64,000 nucleotides of DNA. Source: Alphaproteobacteria bacterium (GTDB lineage: Bacteria > Pseudomonadota > Alphaproteobacteria > UBA3830). The DNA lies in contig JAGCFW010000016.1 in assembly GCA_017649895.1 (NCBI GenBank), positions 1 through 64,000 on the forward strand, written 5' to 3'. Under the pieces are notes generated by a model. The model saw only the letters and a list, made by a program, of their open reading frames with translations. It ran no database searches and was not told where the DNA came from. Below, one piece after another: positions 29,626 to 40,011 of the stretch. The position numbers and the translations under genes are program-made. Each line of letters opens with the position of its first letter. Position 1 is the first letter of the stretch.

Positions 29626-31128
29626 TCAAACTATTCTTCGATACCCTAAGGATTCTGCCACGTGATTTTCTGCGATTGAATCCTCTGCTGACATATCCGC
29701 TAAGGTCCGAGCTAATTTTATCACTCGATAAAATCCGCGAGCCGAAATTTTTGCCTTATCCACAAAAGAGTACAGCAAATTGCGTCCTTTGTCCGATAAA
29801 TATTTTTCCAGATCTGTTCCTTCGATTTCAGAATTGGTTTTGTTTCCGCCGTAACGCCGATATTGAATTTCTCGAGCCTGGATAACTCGCTGCCTTATGA
29901 CGTCACTGGTTTCCAATTGACTCTTATCCTGATAAAAATCCTGAACCCTCACTTCCGGCACATCTATATAGATGTCAATACGATCAAGCAACGGGCCTGA
30001 AATTTTCCGCAAATACTCACTTCCGCACCTTGGAGCACGCGAACATTCTTTCCCTTCCACACCCAGATACCCACAACGACACGGATTCATTGCCGCGATC
30101 AACTGAATTTTCGCAGGATAGGTTACATGATTATTGGCTCGTGCGATGGTAATTTCTCCTGATTCCAACGGCTGCCGCAGAGATTCTAAAGCCGAACGGG
30201 AAAATTCCGGAAGTTCATCCAAAAACAGAACTCCATTGTGAGCTAAAGAAATTTCCCCCGGACGAGCATTGTTTCCGCCTCCGACTATCGCTACAAGTGA
30301 AGCCGAATGGTGAGGTGCGCGAAAAGGTCTCCGTAGAATTAGACCGTTTCCATCCATCTTTCCGGCTAAACTGTAAATAGTCGTAACTTTCAAAGATTCC
30401 TCAGCAGTCATCGGAGGTAAAATGCCGATAATTCTCGAAGCCATCATGGACTTTCCCACTCCCGGAGGCCCCAGCATGAGAAGATTGTGACCTCCAACTG
30501 CGGCAACTTCCATCGCTCTTTTAGCAAGAAATTGTCCCTTTATCTCGCTGAAACACCCGCATTTCGAAACCGTCATGGTATCGACTTTATCTCGATTCGG
30601 AACAATTTTCGGTAAAAATTGAATACCCTTAAAATGATTTACTAAATCCAGCAAACTTCCCGGCGCAAAAACCAAACCATCATTAACCCAAGCAGCCTCT
30701 TGAGCACAATCTTTCGGACAAACTAACACTCGATCCGTTTTCTTCGCATGAACAGATGCCGGAAGCACGCCCACAACTCGTGAAATAGCTCCTGTAAGAG
30801 ACAACTCTCCCATAGCAATTACGTTAGAAACGTCCTCTTGAGAAACAATTCCCATTGCCGCAAGCAAGGCCAAAGCAATAGGTAAATCGTAATGACTTCC
30901 TTCCTTTTGGACATCGGCGGGAGCCAAGTTTACAGTTATTCTTTTCGGAGGGAAAGATATTCCCATTGCAAACAAACTGGCGCGTATCCTTTCTCGAGAT
31001 TCTGCAACCGCCTTATCCGGAAGACCCACGATATTAAACGAAGGCAACCCATTGAGAATTTGGACCTGCACGTCAATTTCAGCTACCGATACTCCGAAAA
31101 ATGCAACTGTTTTTACGCTGGCGTGCAA
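29626..31128 (-). CDS. yifB: Mg-chelatase-like AAA+ ATPase YifB/ComM
   Basis: 500 aa. Lon-like N-terminal domain, Walker A GPPGVGKSM, and a C-terminal Mg-chelatase domain. Confidence 0.85.
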   Translation of the reverse strand: MHASVKTVAFFGVSVAEIDVQVQILNGLPSFNIVGLPDKAVAESRERIRASLFAMGISFPPKRITVNLAPADVQKEGSHYDLPIALALLAAMGIVSQEDVSNVIAMGELSLTGAISRVVGVLPASVHAKKTDRVLVCPKDCAQEAAWVNDGLVFAPGSLLDLVNHFKGIQFLPKIVPNRDKVDTMTVSKCGCFSEIKGQFLAKRAMEVAAVGGHNLLMLGPPGVGKSMMASRIIGILPPMTAEESLKVTTIYSLAGKMDGNGLILRRPFRAPHHSASLVAIVGGGNNARPGEISLAHNGVLFLDELPEFSRSALESLRQPLESGEITIARANNHVTYPAKIQLIAAMNPCRCGYLGVEGKECSRAPRCGSEYLRKISGPLLDRIDIYIDVPEVRVQDFYQDKSQLETSDVIRQRVIQAREIQYRRYGGNKTNSEIEGTDLEKYLSDKGRNLLYSFVDKAKISARGFYRVIKLARTLADMSAEDSIAENHVAESLGYRRIV

Positions 31129-31133
31129 GGTTA

Positions 31134-31793
31134 CTATTCCTCCGCTTCAGGTTTCGCTATTTTTATGTAGGATACGACCTTTTTCACTCCGGAAGTACTG
31201 CGAGCGATATTCAAAACGACGTCCCTTTCATATGCAGACATCGCCGTTCCACACATGTAAACCACTCCATTGACCGTAGTGGTATCATAGTTCAAGGATG
31301 CCACATTTCCGTTACTCTTCATACTCGCCTCGATACGAGTAGTAATTCCCGCATCAGCAGCAAAAGTCCCGATTTTAGCTTGAGGCTCTACCTTAGTTTC
31401 GTAATAAACATCCTTAACCTGAACCTTGTCAATGATATCTTTAACTCTTTCACACTGAGACTCATCATCGAAGCTTCCGATTACAACGACTATCCCATGT
31501 TTGACCGCTAACTCGATCCTATCGTACAATTCTTTGTCTTTGTTCAGCAAAGTCAGGCGGATCTTTTCCTTCAAATAGGTGTCTGAAATTTGCCCAGTAA
31601 TTCCTTCCTTATCACGAACCGTGACAGTACCTGCAACAACTGTACCACCAACCAACCAACTCACCGGATCGCAAGCTGTTAACAAAAAAGCTGATCCGAT
31701 CAGTGAAAAATTCACTAACTTTCGCATAAAACCTCCTCTAGCTCCTGCGGAATTGTAACATCTTACAATCACTGTTCCAACAGAATTTTGCAT
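31134..31793 (-). CDS. BON-domain lipoprotein (OsmY-like, two BON domains)
   Basis: Lipobox LLTAC. Two repeats of the BON-like pattern. 14 nt downstream of tssA on the same strand. Confidence 0.7.
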   Translation of the reverse strand: MQNSVGTVIVRCYNSAGARGGFMRKLVNFSLIGSAFLLTACDPVSWLVGGTVVAGTVTVRDKEGITGQISDTYLKEKIRLTLLNKDKELYDRIELAVKHGIVVVIGSFDDESQCERVKDIIDKVQVKDVYYETKVEPQAKIGTFAADAGITTRIEASMKSNGNVASLNYDTTTVNGVVYMCGTAMSAYERDVVLNIARSTSGVKKVVSYIKIAKPEAEE

Positions 31794-31807
31794 AACAAAT
31801 CAACTAA

Positions 31808-32878
31808 CTACTTCTTTTGTTCGGTCTCTTTTTTGTAAAAAATACTGTATAGTTCAGAAATAGTATTTAAAACCGGAACACCGCTTCGCATGTTCAACTC
31901 AAGCAATTCCTGAAAACTTTTCTTACCGATCATGACTGCAACCTTGAGCAAAGTGGATGAAGGACTTTGCGGCTGCTTCTTTTCCAAGAATGAAGCAATT
32001 TCGGAGAGAGCATCATAAGCTTGACCGATTGTTGGCTCTCTATTTTGATTTTTGTTATCATCTTCTAGTATCATTTCGTCATCGGTGTTATTGGACGGAG
32101 GAGCCTGTTTCTCAACTTTCCCCTTTTGCGCCGCCTGAGCCTGTTGCTTTTCTTTCAGTTCAATATTTTTCAAAGTAATTCGTTTAATATCTTCCAAATA
32201 CTCTGTCAATTGATGAAAACTCGGCGCATCTTGACCGCATTTTTCATCAAGAAAAGCTCTCAGTTCCTTCAAAAGATTAATCGATTTCTCTACTTGATCT
32301 GCAATACCTCTGAAGGTCTCGAGAGCAGTAACGGCTACTTGCTTACTGATCATCTTGAGGGAAATTCCATTGGTGTTTTTGATCTGCAGATTTCTACGCG
32401 CTTCCATCCAGTCAGACAAAGAATAAATCAGGGAATCTTCCGTACTGGTAAGCGGAATCAAAACTATTCTTTCAGAAATTTTATCCGATAAGAAAAAAAA
32501 CGGAGCTAATCGATAATCGTAGCTGTGATTTTCCCAGTCTATAGCCGGATAAATTTCATCCCAAAATTTTTCACTGAGGCCTTTAACTAACTTTAATCCG
32601 TCGATAAATCCCTCGAATTGCCGCTCGATAATCCAAGACTCCATCAGCCACATAGCTATTTGTAAATCTTTCGTTTTAGTTTTAAGAAGTTCACAACCAA
32701 GTTTGTTAAGCTGAGTCCAATCCGCGCGTTTCGGCTCAGTCTGCCAAACCCCCTGAGATAAACGAATATCGTCTTCCCGACGCAGCTCTTTCAGCTCATC
32801 ATAGACATGATCGTAGCACAGATATTCGCCACAATTACTTTTTGATGATATCGGTTTTAATAAGCTCTCTATATCCAT
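31808..32878 (-). CDS. tssA: Type VI secretion protein TssA (ImpA N-terminal domain)
   Basis: 356 aa. N-terminal LLKPIS...CGEYLCYDHVYDELKELRREDD is a typical ImpA_N. Confidence 0.75.
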   Translation of the reverse strand: MDIESLLKPISSKSNCGEYLCYDHVYDELKELRREDDIRLSQGVWQTEPKRADWTQLNKLGCELLKTKTKDLQIAMWLMESWIIERQFEGFIDGLKLVKGLSEKFWDEIYPAIDWENHSYDYRLAPFFFLSDKISERIVLIPLTSTEDSLIYSLSDWMEARRNLQIKNTNGISLKMISKQVAVTALETFRGIADQVEKSINLLKELRAFLDEKCGQDAPSFHQLTEYLEDIKRITLKNIELKEKQQAQAAQKGKVEKQAPPSNNTDDEMILEDDNKNQNREPTIGQAYDALSEIASFLEKKQPQSPSSTLLKVAVMIGKKSFQELLELNMRSGVPVLNTISELYSIFYKKETEQKK

Positions 32879-32944
32879 AACTCCCGAACCTCACTTTATT
32901 CAATCAATCTTATTTACTTTTGCTCTATCCATTTTTACTCAATT

Positions 32945-35900
32945 TTATTCATCAAACGATACATCAACATCTAAAGGAGCTGCCTCCGATGGTTTATTAT
33001 CCTTATTATCGGATGAAGACTGTTCTTTTTCTTCTGACGACTTGGTACCATACAAGCTTGGGCAACTCTTCGGAAATAAAGGCCATGCTATCGGCGTTAA
33101 CTTCTCTCCATCCCTTACCATAGGAGTAACTTTATAAACCATTTTTGCATCTCCTACTTCAGCCCCATCTTTCTGAGAGACAACAGGAACGTTAAATTGC
33201 AGTACAACACCGTTTGAATATTCAACACCTTTGCTGACTTTATGAGCTTCAATCATGCGGAATAAAGCCCACGTCCCGGTATACTTAAAGGCAGCAAAAT
33301 TGCTATTGATACTGAGATTTCCCTCAGCCTTGTCTTCATTCGGTTTTTCGTTCGCTGAAGCTACCCATCCGAAACCGACCGTTACAGCATTACCATAAAA
33401 AAACACTCCGTTATTATTGTCCGAAACAGGCATATTATTAATAGAAAACGTTCTGTCTATTACGGCAGATGTCAATGCTTCCATATTCGGAAAAGGTCGT
33501 AACAATACGTTAAAGCACATCGGACAAGTATTCGGGTCAGAACTCTTGGACTGAGCAACACATGCTTTCAAGAACGGCAGTATTTTATTAGTGTTTTCAA
33601 AGAAATCAAATACCTGAGAATTGACCTGTTTTGTCTCTTTATTTCTTTTCAAAACATTTATCGAAGTAGCATCTATCACCTCGTAAGCTTTAACAAATTC
33701 TTCAAGATCTTTAATCTCAGCGTCTTCATCAGAATCTCCGAACGGGAATTTTTTAGCCAACTTTTTGTTGAATATGTTGTAAACTTTATTGTAGGTCGAT
33801 GCTACTCTGTCGTATTGCACTGTGTCGGCACGATTTATGAGAGATTTTGCCACAACCGAACGCTTAGACAAGAAATAGTCTGAATCATTTTGCGAAATAT
33901 CCTTAATTTCTCCCTGAGTATCGAAATTATCCAAAGATACCTTGGAAAGATTTTCACTGATGAAGCTCTCCAGTGCCGCGATCGAATTACCAGGTTTGTT
34001 GTTTTCGTAGTCATCGACACTGGTAATAATTTCCCGCCATTTGTTAATCAACTTCTTGTTGCGAATTTTTTCAAAAATATTAGGAATGGTCAGCAAATCC
34101 ACAATCGGACTGGCTAAATCCTTCGCTAAAAACTTTATCCTTTCAAACTGAGCACTCAAATATTGTTTGATATTAGCTTGGCTGCTCATTTTCATAAATT
34201 GAGGATTTCCGTTGCCATCCCAGTCATCGAATAAAGCAGAACTGGTGGAATACGGTTTTTCTGTATTGAATAAGGCATCAATCTTCTCCAGTAACCCCAA
34301 ATACTGGGAAATTATAAGATCGGAAAAACCAAAATCCTGTAAATTTTCCTCCGAAATAATTTCGTCCAAAATTTTTATTATTTTCGGAAGAGATACTGAA
34401 ACATTGCGAATATTCAATGCCTGTTTTTTATAAGAATTTTCGAATAGGGCCCTTGAATTACCCAACGGCATATCCTCTAAAATTTGAGCATTTCCGATCA
34501 TTGCTTTAATGGTTGGATAAAAACACTTTTTCGCGACCGTTTTGTAGATATCAAAATATTCCGCCCTCATTCCCTCAGGAACTGTTTCAGAAAATTCGTT
34601 GTATTTATCGATCAAATTGCAAAGCTCTTTTAAACGCTTAACATCCCAGATCAGCATTTTGTCCGTCGGAAGTTCTCGCGAAAAATGCCCCAAAGGAACT
34701 ACACAAATGAAAGGAAGATCCAACAGGGATTTCAACTCTCCTTTCACCTGCATAAACCCTTCCGATGGATTTTGGTTATTTAAAATCTTCCCTGAAAGAT
34801 TGGATTTGTACGCCCCTAATGCATCCTTATAACTATTAAATGAAACATCTGCAAAATGCATCAGATCTCTCAAACAGTCAGGACTGACCGTTCCCGTAGA
34901 CTCTAAGTTATTCAAAATTTTTTGATATTCAGGAGTTGGACAAAAAGCATTTTCTCTGATCCACGAAAAATTTTTGTTTTTGAAAATATCTTCTACCAAC
35001 TCCACCTTATTGTAGAGCTTCGCCAAATCCTGAACACTGTAATTAACCTTCGAATTTTGTCCCGCCTCATGCAAACGATCGATATCACTCGCGACATTCT
35101 GAAGGACTTTTTCCACGGTCGTATCCAAAGCGTCTTTTATAAAATTATCGAAGATATTTTTCAAACTGTTTTCGATATTTGTTTGGAAATCCTCCAAATT
35201 AAATTTCGGTGGCATGATCTGCTTATTCGGAACATGTGTTCTCATTTCATCAGTAATTTCAAATTTATCCTTGAAAAGAGACTCTGTTACGCTTATGACA
35301 TTGTTGCTGTCCTCCAAATTTCGTATAGAGTTATATTCGGAACTGATTTTTTTCAAATTCTTAATTTTTTCAGCAAATTCTGATAGCTCCTTGAAGCTCT
35401 CAAAATTCAGCACATCGAAAATGTCTTTCTGACTATTGAGACTTTTTTTCGAAGACTTGCGCGACCCCAGTAAAATATTTTTAGTGTTGAAGTTTAAGTC
35501 GATATACATAGCTTTTACCACAACAGAATCAAAAACCAATTCCGTTGTCGATCTGACGGAACTTCCTATTCCGAAAAACCAAGACTGAGGCACAAAAATC
35601 GAGAAGAAATCCCCCATTCTTGTCACCGGCATATTTTGCAGCAAAGCAGATGCCTGACTGTTAATCAGGGATTGATCTTCCGCATTTTTCAAAGTGTCTT
35701 CCAGATATTTTATCCGAAGCAAATTTTTCTTCACAGTACACATTGTCTGATAGCAACTCCGAACATTGGTTCTGATGTTGCCGTTCCCCCAAATCCATCC
35801 TACTGAGAAAAACAGTGCCGACCCGGCAAATATCAGCTTGTTGCGATATTCTTTTTTAGTAATACCCCCCGTATCTTTCAAAATAGGATACGCAATGTTG

Positions 35901-37153
35901 TGCTCCTTAAAAATCTTGTCCTTGAAAAGATCCTGTACGAAATACAAGTCATCCGTATGCAAATAATTCGAACTGGCGTCAATATCTACACCGGGCATTA
36001 GGGCTGATACTTGTACAACTCCCCCCGAAGAAATCGCTACTTCCTTTTGACGTCCGACAAAATAAACCCCTCTTAAAATCATACCGTCCATAGGATTGTG
36101 GGTACGGAACATCGTAAGCAAATATTCCGACAACATCGGTTTAATTTTTTCAAAATATGCTTCGAATAGCATCGCTTTTTCGAGATTTTCATCTATATTT
36201 CTCTTACGAGCGAAATAGAATCCCGCTTTTCGGATTCCATCGGCTATGGTGCTGAAAATTTCATTAATCCAATTCGGAGAAAACGCCATGTCCAATGAAT
36301 AAGGGCACGACCATCCGAAAATTTGCTGCTTTGTATTTTCTTTCAACAAATGAACAAACTCTTGAAATCCGAAAATCTGGTCTGCCTTGGTCACTATAAA
36401 ATATATCGGAAGCTTGAAATTGATATCGTGCTGAAATTGAAATATCCTGTCGAACATTTCACGGGCGTGCTTTTCAACGTTTACAGCTCCTGAAATAAAG
36501 AAATCTGCGGGAACTGTAACAATAATTCCATCAAGCGGACGACGTGGTCTTATGAAAACAAATAATTCACTGATAAAGGTCCAAAATTTGGATTTATCCA
36601 CCGCCGGATCTATATTCGGAAACTCAAAAATAGCCCCTTCCTTAAACAATTTCCACAAAGAATTTTTCTCTGATTTCTCGGACATCAAGTGCTCAAAATT
36701 TAAATTGTCCAATAAAGTCGTTTTCCCGCTTCCTTTAGGACCTATAATCATAAAACAAGGAAGTTTGTACCTCCATCTCAGGTCGTATGTACTGCTTCGT
36801 ATGGCTTCTAAAACTTTGAAAAACATTTTTGTTATGGGACCGATTTTCAAAATACCCAAAAGACTGAGAATCTCACCTAACCTTCCCGAAATCGTAGGTA
36901 TTTCCTCGCAGCTTCCATCTTTGATTGCTGTTTCAATTTTAGGCTTTTCTTCTTGTTTTTTCTTTAAATCATCTCTTTTCAGCGGAGTGATCACCTTAGG
37001 CTTAGGTTGAGAATTTATGTACATTACGCACATAACAAAAAAAATCAGTACCAAAATAATCGAAAACAAAATCAATCCTAAGGAAACCGCAGGTACCATC
37101 TCTTTGGGAATTGCAGGTAAACTGTCAGACAAAAAATTCTTAAATCCATCCAT
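32945..37153 (-). CDS. tssM: Type VI secretion membrane-complex protein TssM (IcmF)
   Basis: 1402 aa. N-terminal TM helices, Walker A GPKGSGKTT, a long periplasmic IcmF-related region, and an acidic C-terminal tail. Confidence 0.9.
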   Translation of the reverse strand: MDGFKNFLSDSLPAIPKEMVPAVSLGLILFSIILVLIFFVMCVMYINSQPKPKVITPLKRDDLKKKQEEKPKIETAIKDGSCEEIPTISGRLGEILSLLGILKIGPITKMFFKVLEAIRSSTYDLRWRYKLPCFMIIGPKGSGKTTLLDNLNFEHLMSEKSEKNSLWKLFKEGAIFEFPNIDPAVDKSKFWTFISELFVFIRPRRPLDGIIVTVPADFFISGAVNVEKHAREMFDRIFQFQHDINFKLPIYFIVTKADQIFGFQEFVHLLKENTKQQIFGWSCPYSLDMAFSPNWINEIFSTIADGIRKAGFYFARKRNIDENLEKAMLFEAYFEKIKPMLSEYLLTMFRTHNPMDGMILRGVYFVGRQKEVAISSGGVVQVSALMPGVDIDASSNYLHTDDLYFVQDLFKDKIFKEHNIAYPILKDTGGITKKEYRNKLIFAGSALFFSVGWIWGNGNIRTNVRSCYQTMCTVKKNLLRIKYLEDTLKNAEDQSLINSQASALLQNMPVTRMGDFFSIFVPQSWFFGIGSSVRSTTELVFDSVVVKAMYIDLNFNTKNILLGSRKSSKKSLNSQKDIFDVLNFESFKELSEFAEKIKNLKKISSEYNSIRNLEDSNNVISVTESLFKDKFEITDEMRTHVPNKQIMPPKFNLEDFQTNIENSLKNIFDNFIKDALDTTVEKVLQNVASDIDRLHEAGQNSKVNYSVQDLAKLYNKVELVEDIFKNKNFSWIRENAFCPTPEYQKILNNLESTGTVSPDCLRDLMHFADVSFNSYKDALGAYKSNLSGKILNNQNPSEGFMQVKGELKSLLDLPFICVVPLGHFSRELPTDKMLIWDVKRLKELCNLIDKYNEFSETVPEGMRAEYFDIYKTVAKKCFYPTIKAMIGNAQILEDMPLGNSRALFENSYKKQALNIRNVSVSLPKIIKILDEIISEENLQDFGFSDLIISQYLGLLEKIDALFNTEKPYSTSSALFDDWDGNGNPQFMKMSSQANIKQYLSAQFERIKFLAKDLASPIVDLLTIPNIFEKIRNKKLINKWREIITSVDDYENNKPGNSIAALESFISENLSKVSLDNFDTQGEIKDISQNDSDYFLSKRSVVAKSLINRADTVQYDRVASTYNKVYNIFNKKLAKKFPFGDSDEDAEIKDLEEFVKAYEVIDATSINVLKRNKETKQVNSQVFDFFENTNKILPFLKACVAQSKSSDPNTCPMCFNVLLRPFPNMEALTSAVIDRTFSINNMPVSDNNNGVFFYGNAVTVGFGWVASANEKPNEDKAEGNLSINSNFAAFKYTGTWALFRMIEAHKVSKGVEYSNGVVLQFNVPVVSQKDGAEVGDAKMVYKVTPMVRDGEKLTPIAWPLFPKSCPSLYGTKSSEEKEQSSSDNKDNKPSEAAPLDVDVSFDE

Positions 37154-37155
37154 AT

Positions 37156-37908
37156 TTACGCTCTCAACACTATAGCTGATATCTCGTGTAAAATTTCATA
37201 TAAGTCTCGTGTCTCGATCAGCCAAACAACAGAACTTATTACCAAAAACATAAAAACAAAGAAGGCATAAACGTAATTAATAACAGAAACGTCCGGCAGA
37301 AATTGTCTATTAATTGTCGGCAATGTATAAGTGTACTCTTTACCGAACATTCTGTGACTCACCATATCGATAGATTTGTCGTACTTTTCAACAAAATTGA
37401 AAAGATTTCTCCTGAAAACGTTTATCGGCTTATCTTTATCCGTATCATCTCTGAATTTACCTCTGAATCCCAACGAAAGCACCTTCATGTAAATTTCCGC
37501 GATCAATAGGCTTTCGACATCATTTTTCTCAATCAATTTTTCGATATTATTGAAGATTTTTTCTCCGGCTATTTGGGTCCCAAAAAAATGTTTTTCAAGC
37601 ATGTTATCTTCCCAGAATTTTTTTCCGTCCCAAGAAATATTCAAAAAGATTTCATCGGCCAAAGAAACCATGATATAAACCACTTCCCTTACTTGCTGCT
37701 CAAAAGTAATACTCTTCTGACGCTCAAGAATTCCTTTTACTTTCGATACCAAATTTTTGTAAATTACTTTCGGATCGAGATTCTCCGTTTTTTGGATAAT
37801 CTGAGTCTTGTATTTAAAAATTTCCGAGCAGAAATCGCCAAAAATTAAGCCCAGGTCTGTAATTTTACTATCTCTCTGCATAAAGAATAATCTCCTCCGG
37901 AACGACAT
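37156..37908 (-). CDS. tssL: Type VI secretion protein TssL (DotU)
   Basis: 250 aa. Cytoplasmic DotU-like domain with a single C-terminal TM anchor (FFVFMFLVISSVVWLI). Confidence 0.8.
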   Translation of the reverse strand: MSFRRRLFFMQRDSKITDLGLIFGDFCSEIFKYKTQIIQKTENLDPKVIYKNLVSKVKGILERQKSITFEQQVREVVYIMVSLADEIFLNISWDGKKFWEDNMLEKHFFGTQIAGEKIFNNIEKLIEKNDVESLLIAEIYMKVLSLGFRGKFRDDTDKDKPINVFRRNLFNFVEKYDKSIDMVSHRMFGKEYTYTLPTINRQFLPDVSVINYVYAFFVFMFLVISSVVWLIETRDLYEILHEISAIVLRA

Positions 37909-39160
37909 CCAAATTACTGCTTATCAGACATAATTGTTCGTTACTCTTAATGTATGTGGTTTTAGTTTTTACCGCGATAATGGTCACACCATTAGGCTGA
38001 GTAATATATTCTCCTCTTTCCAAAATCCTTCGTTCCGCCCCCAAAATTCGACGATCTTTTATCAAGGGCATCATCGATTCACTGGCGATTTGAAGCCCCT
38101 TAATCCAATTTATAACATCGCTGTCAGTTGCCGAAAACGGCTTGCGAATACCGATAGCAATTTCATCCTTCTCAAGTAAATGCGGATTCATCATTAATCT
38201 AAATTCATCCTGAACTTTATCGAACAAAAGAACATCATACTTCTGTTTCAAGTGAGAAATTATTCCATGAATATAGTCATGCAGCTGAGAAAAACAGCCA
38301 TATAAATCTTCATGTTTATAAGCAGGCAGTCTCGGAATTAGCTGTGCCGGATTCATCGACATCACAAACGCTGCTGTCTGAGACAAAGCTTTGAACAATT
38401 CGAACGGATGCACGCCTTCCACCTCAAGAACCGTCTCCAAAGGAATTGCCGCCTGTATTAATAATCGAAGATTCGCAAAAGATTCTTCCGTTTGATTTCG
38501 AGCAAAATTTTCTTTGCGATCTGCAAAATATGAGATCTTGTCTCGAATGAGTCGCACAAGAGAGGAGCACATTTCAATAATCTTCGAATGCTTATCCAAA
38601 GATAAGAATGGAGCGATAAATTTCGTCTCAGAGATGCCTCCGTCAACTGATTTTCCCACCTCAAACACAGGAAAACTTTGATATCTGGCATCCACTTGAT
38701 CTTCCTGCATTAATTTCAGATTTGGTTTTAAAACAGGTACTGTAATCGGCTCTTTTCCCGTATTTTCGTCCTTTACGTCAGCAATTTCCGAGGAATAATA
38801 GCGAGCAAAATTTCCTTCCAGCATATTTTCACCACTACGTCGGGACGGTGTAGCCAAATAAATTTTCGTAGAGGCAGAATTGACCTCGAAATAATCCCCC
38901 AGATTTAATTCCAACGGATCATCGCGCGTCGCATCAAAATCGAAAAACAATCCATCTCGGAAAAAGCCTTTCGCTTTCAATACTCGAACTAATCCCGAAG
39001 ACAAACATGAGGTATCTATTTTAAGATCGAATACACCGTATCCAAAAGGAAAAACCGCCGCCGACGTATACCCGATCACCTGCTGAAAATACCCTGTCGT
39101 TAATTGAAAATGCTGTGGAGAAATTAACATTCCTTCATGCCACTGAACCAAAGATTCCAT
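37868..39160 (-). CDS. tssK: Type VI secretion baseplate protein TssK
   Basis: 430 aa. N-terminus MESLVQWHEGMLISPQHFQ matches the TssK signature. The 3' end overlaps the tssL start. Confidence 0.85.
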   Translation of the reverse strand: MESLVQWHEGMLISPQHFQLTTGYFQQVIGYTSAAVFPFGYGVFDLKIDTSCLSSGLVRVLKAKGFFRDGLFFDFDATRDDPLELNLGDYFEVNSASTKIYLATPSRRSGENMLEGNFARYYSSEIADVKDENTGKEPITVPVLKPNLKLMQEDQVDARYQSFPVFEVGKSVDGGISETKFIAPFLSLDKHSKIIEMCSSLVRLIRDKISYFADRKENFARNQTEESFANLRLLIQAAIPLETVLEVEGVHPFELFKALSQTAAFVMSMNPAQLIPRLPAYKHEDLYGCFSQLHDYIHGIISHLKQKYDVLLFDKVQDEFRLMMNPHLLEKDEIAIGIRKPFSATDSDVINWIKGLQIASESMMPLIKDRRILGAERRILERGEYITQPNGVTIIAVKTKTTYIKSNEQLCLISSNLDVVPEEIILYAER

Positions 39161-39352
39161 TTACTCTCCTACATAAACTCCCAAGGATTAAGCTAAATTA
39201 ATATTGGTTAATTAATGGTTAAATTTATTGAAAATTATTAATTAATTTATAGAAGCCACAAAATTTTATAAAGAATCTCTCACAATTCGTTCATTAACCA
39301 ATAATTAATACATTATTGATATTCTGTTTTACTAAGAGATTGGAGGAATGTC

Positions 39353-39949
39353 GTGAAGAAGATAATTTTTGGACTGTCCATTTGCGTGACACTATCGGGT
39401 TTTGGATCCAATGTCAATATGAACCAATCCGAAAAGGTCGCAACATTATTAGATACTGAATCTGATACTAAAGTACCTACATTTGTAGAACAAACCAACA
39501 AGATTGTACCTTCATCGAATTTTGAATCAAGCTCTAAGACAGATGTGTTCCTTAATGAAATAAAAGAACTTATTTTCTGGCTTACTAAAATAAGAAATTT
39601 GTTGTTAAATGAAAGATTGCAGGTAAACGCTAACCAAGAGGCAAAATCATATTTAAATGATCCGACTTTCATGAAATTTAAGCAAAATCTAATAAACTTT
39701 AATAAAGTCATGCAGAGTACCAAAGCTCATCGTAACACGATTTTTGGAAAAGGAGATGAGATATTCAGTGATAGCAATAATCAATTTTTCAGCTCCGAAA
39801 GCATACCTTCCGATTTGAAGAACTTGTACTCCAACGTTCTTAATGCTTGGGAAAAAATAAGATACGGAACAAATCCCAACGAAGAGTTAGACGATTTCAG
39901 GGAAAAGATTAAGTCACTGCATCAATATGTTCAAAATCAAAACACCTGA
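39353..39949 (+). CDS. Hypothetical secreted protein (Sec signal peptide, no lipobox Cys)
   Basis: 198 aa. GTG start with GGAGGA RBS. MKKIIFGLSICVTLSGFG signal peptide. Divergent from tssK. Confidence 0.5.
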   Translation: MKKIIFGLSICVTLSGFGSNVNMNQSEKVATLLDTESDTKVPTFVEQTNKIVPSSNFESSSKTDVFLNEIKELIFWLTKIRNLLLNERLQVNANQEAKSYLNDPTFMKFKQNLINFNKVMQSTKAHRNTIFGKGDEIFSDSNNQFFSSESIPSDLKNLYSNVLNAWEKIRYGTNPNEELDDFREKIKSLHQYVQNQNT

Positions 39950-40011
39950 CCAGTTTGATAAAACTCGGCTTCAAAAATTCTCAAGAACTTAACAACGAAA
40001 GAATAACTTTG

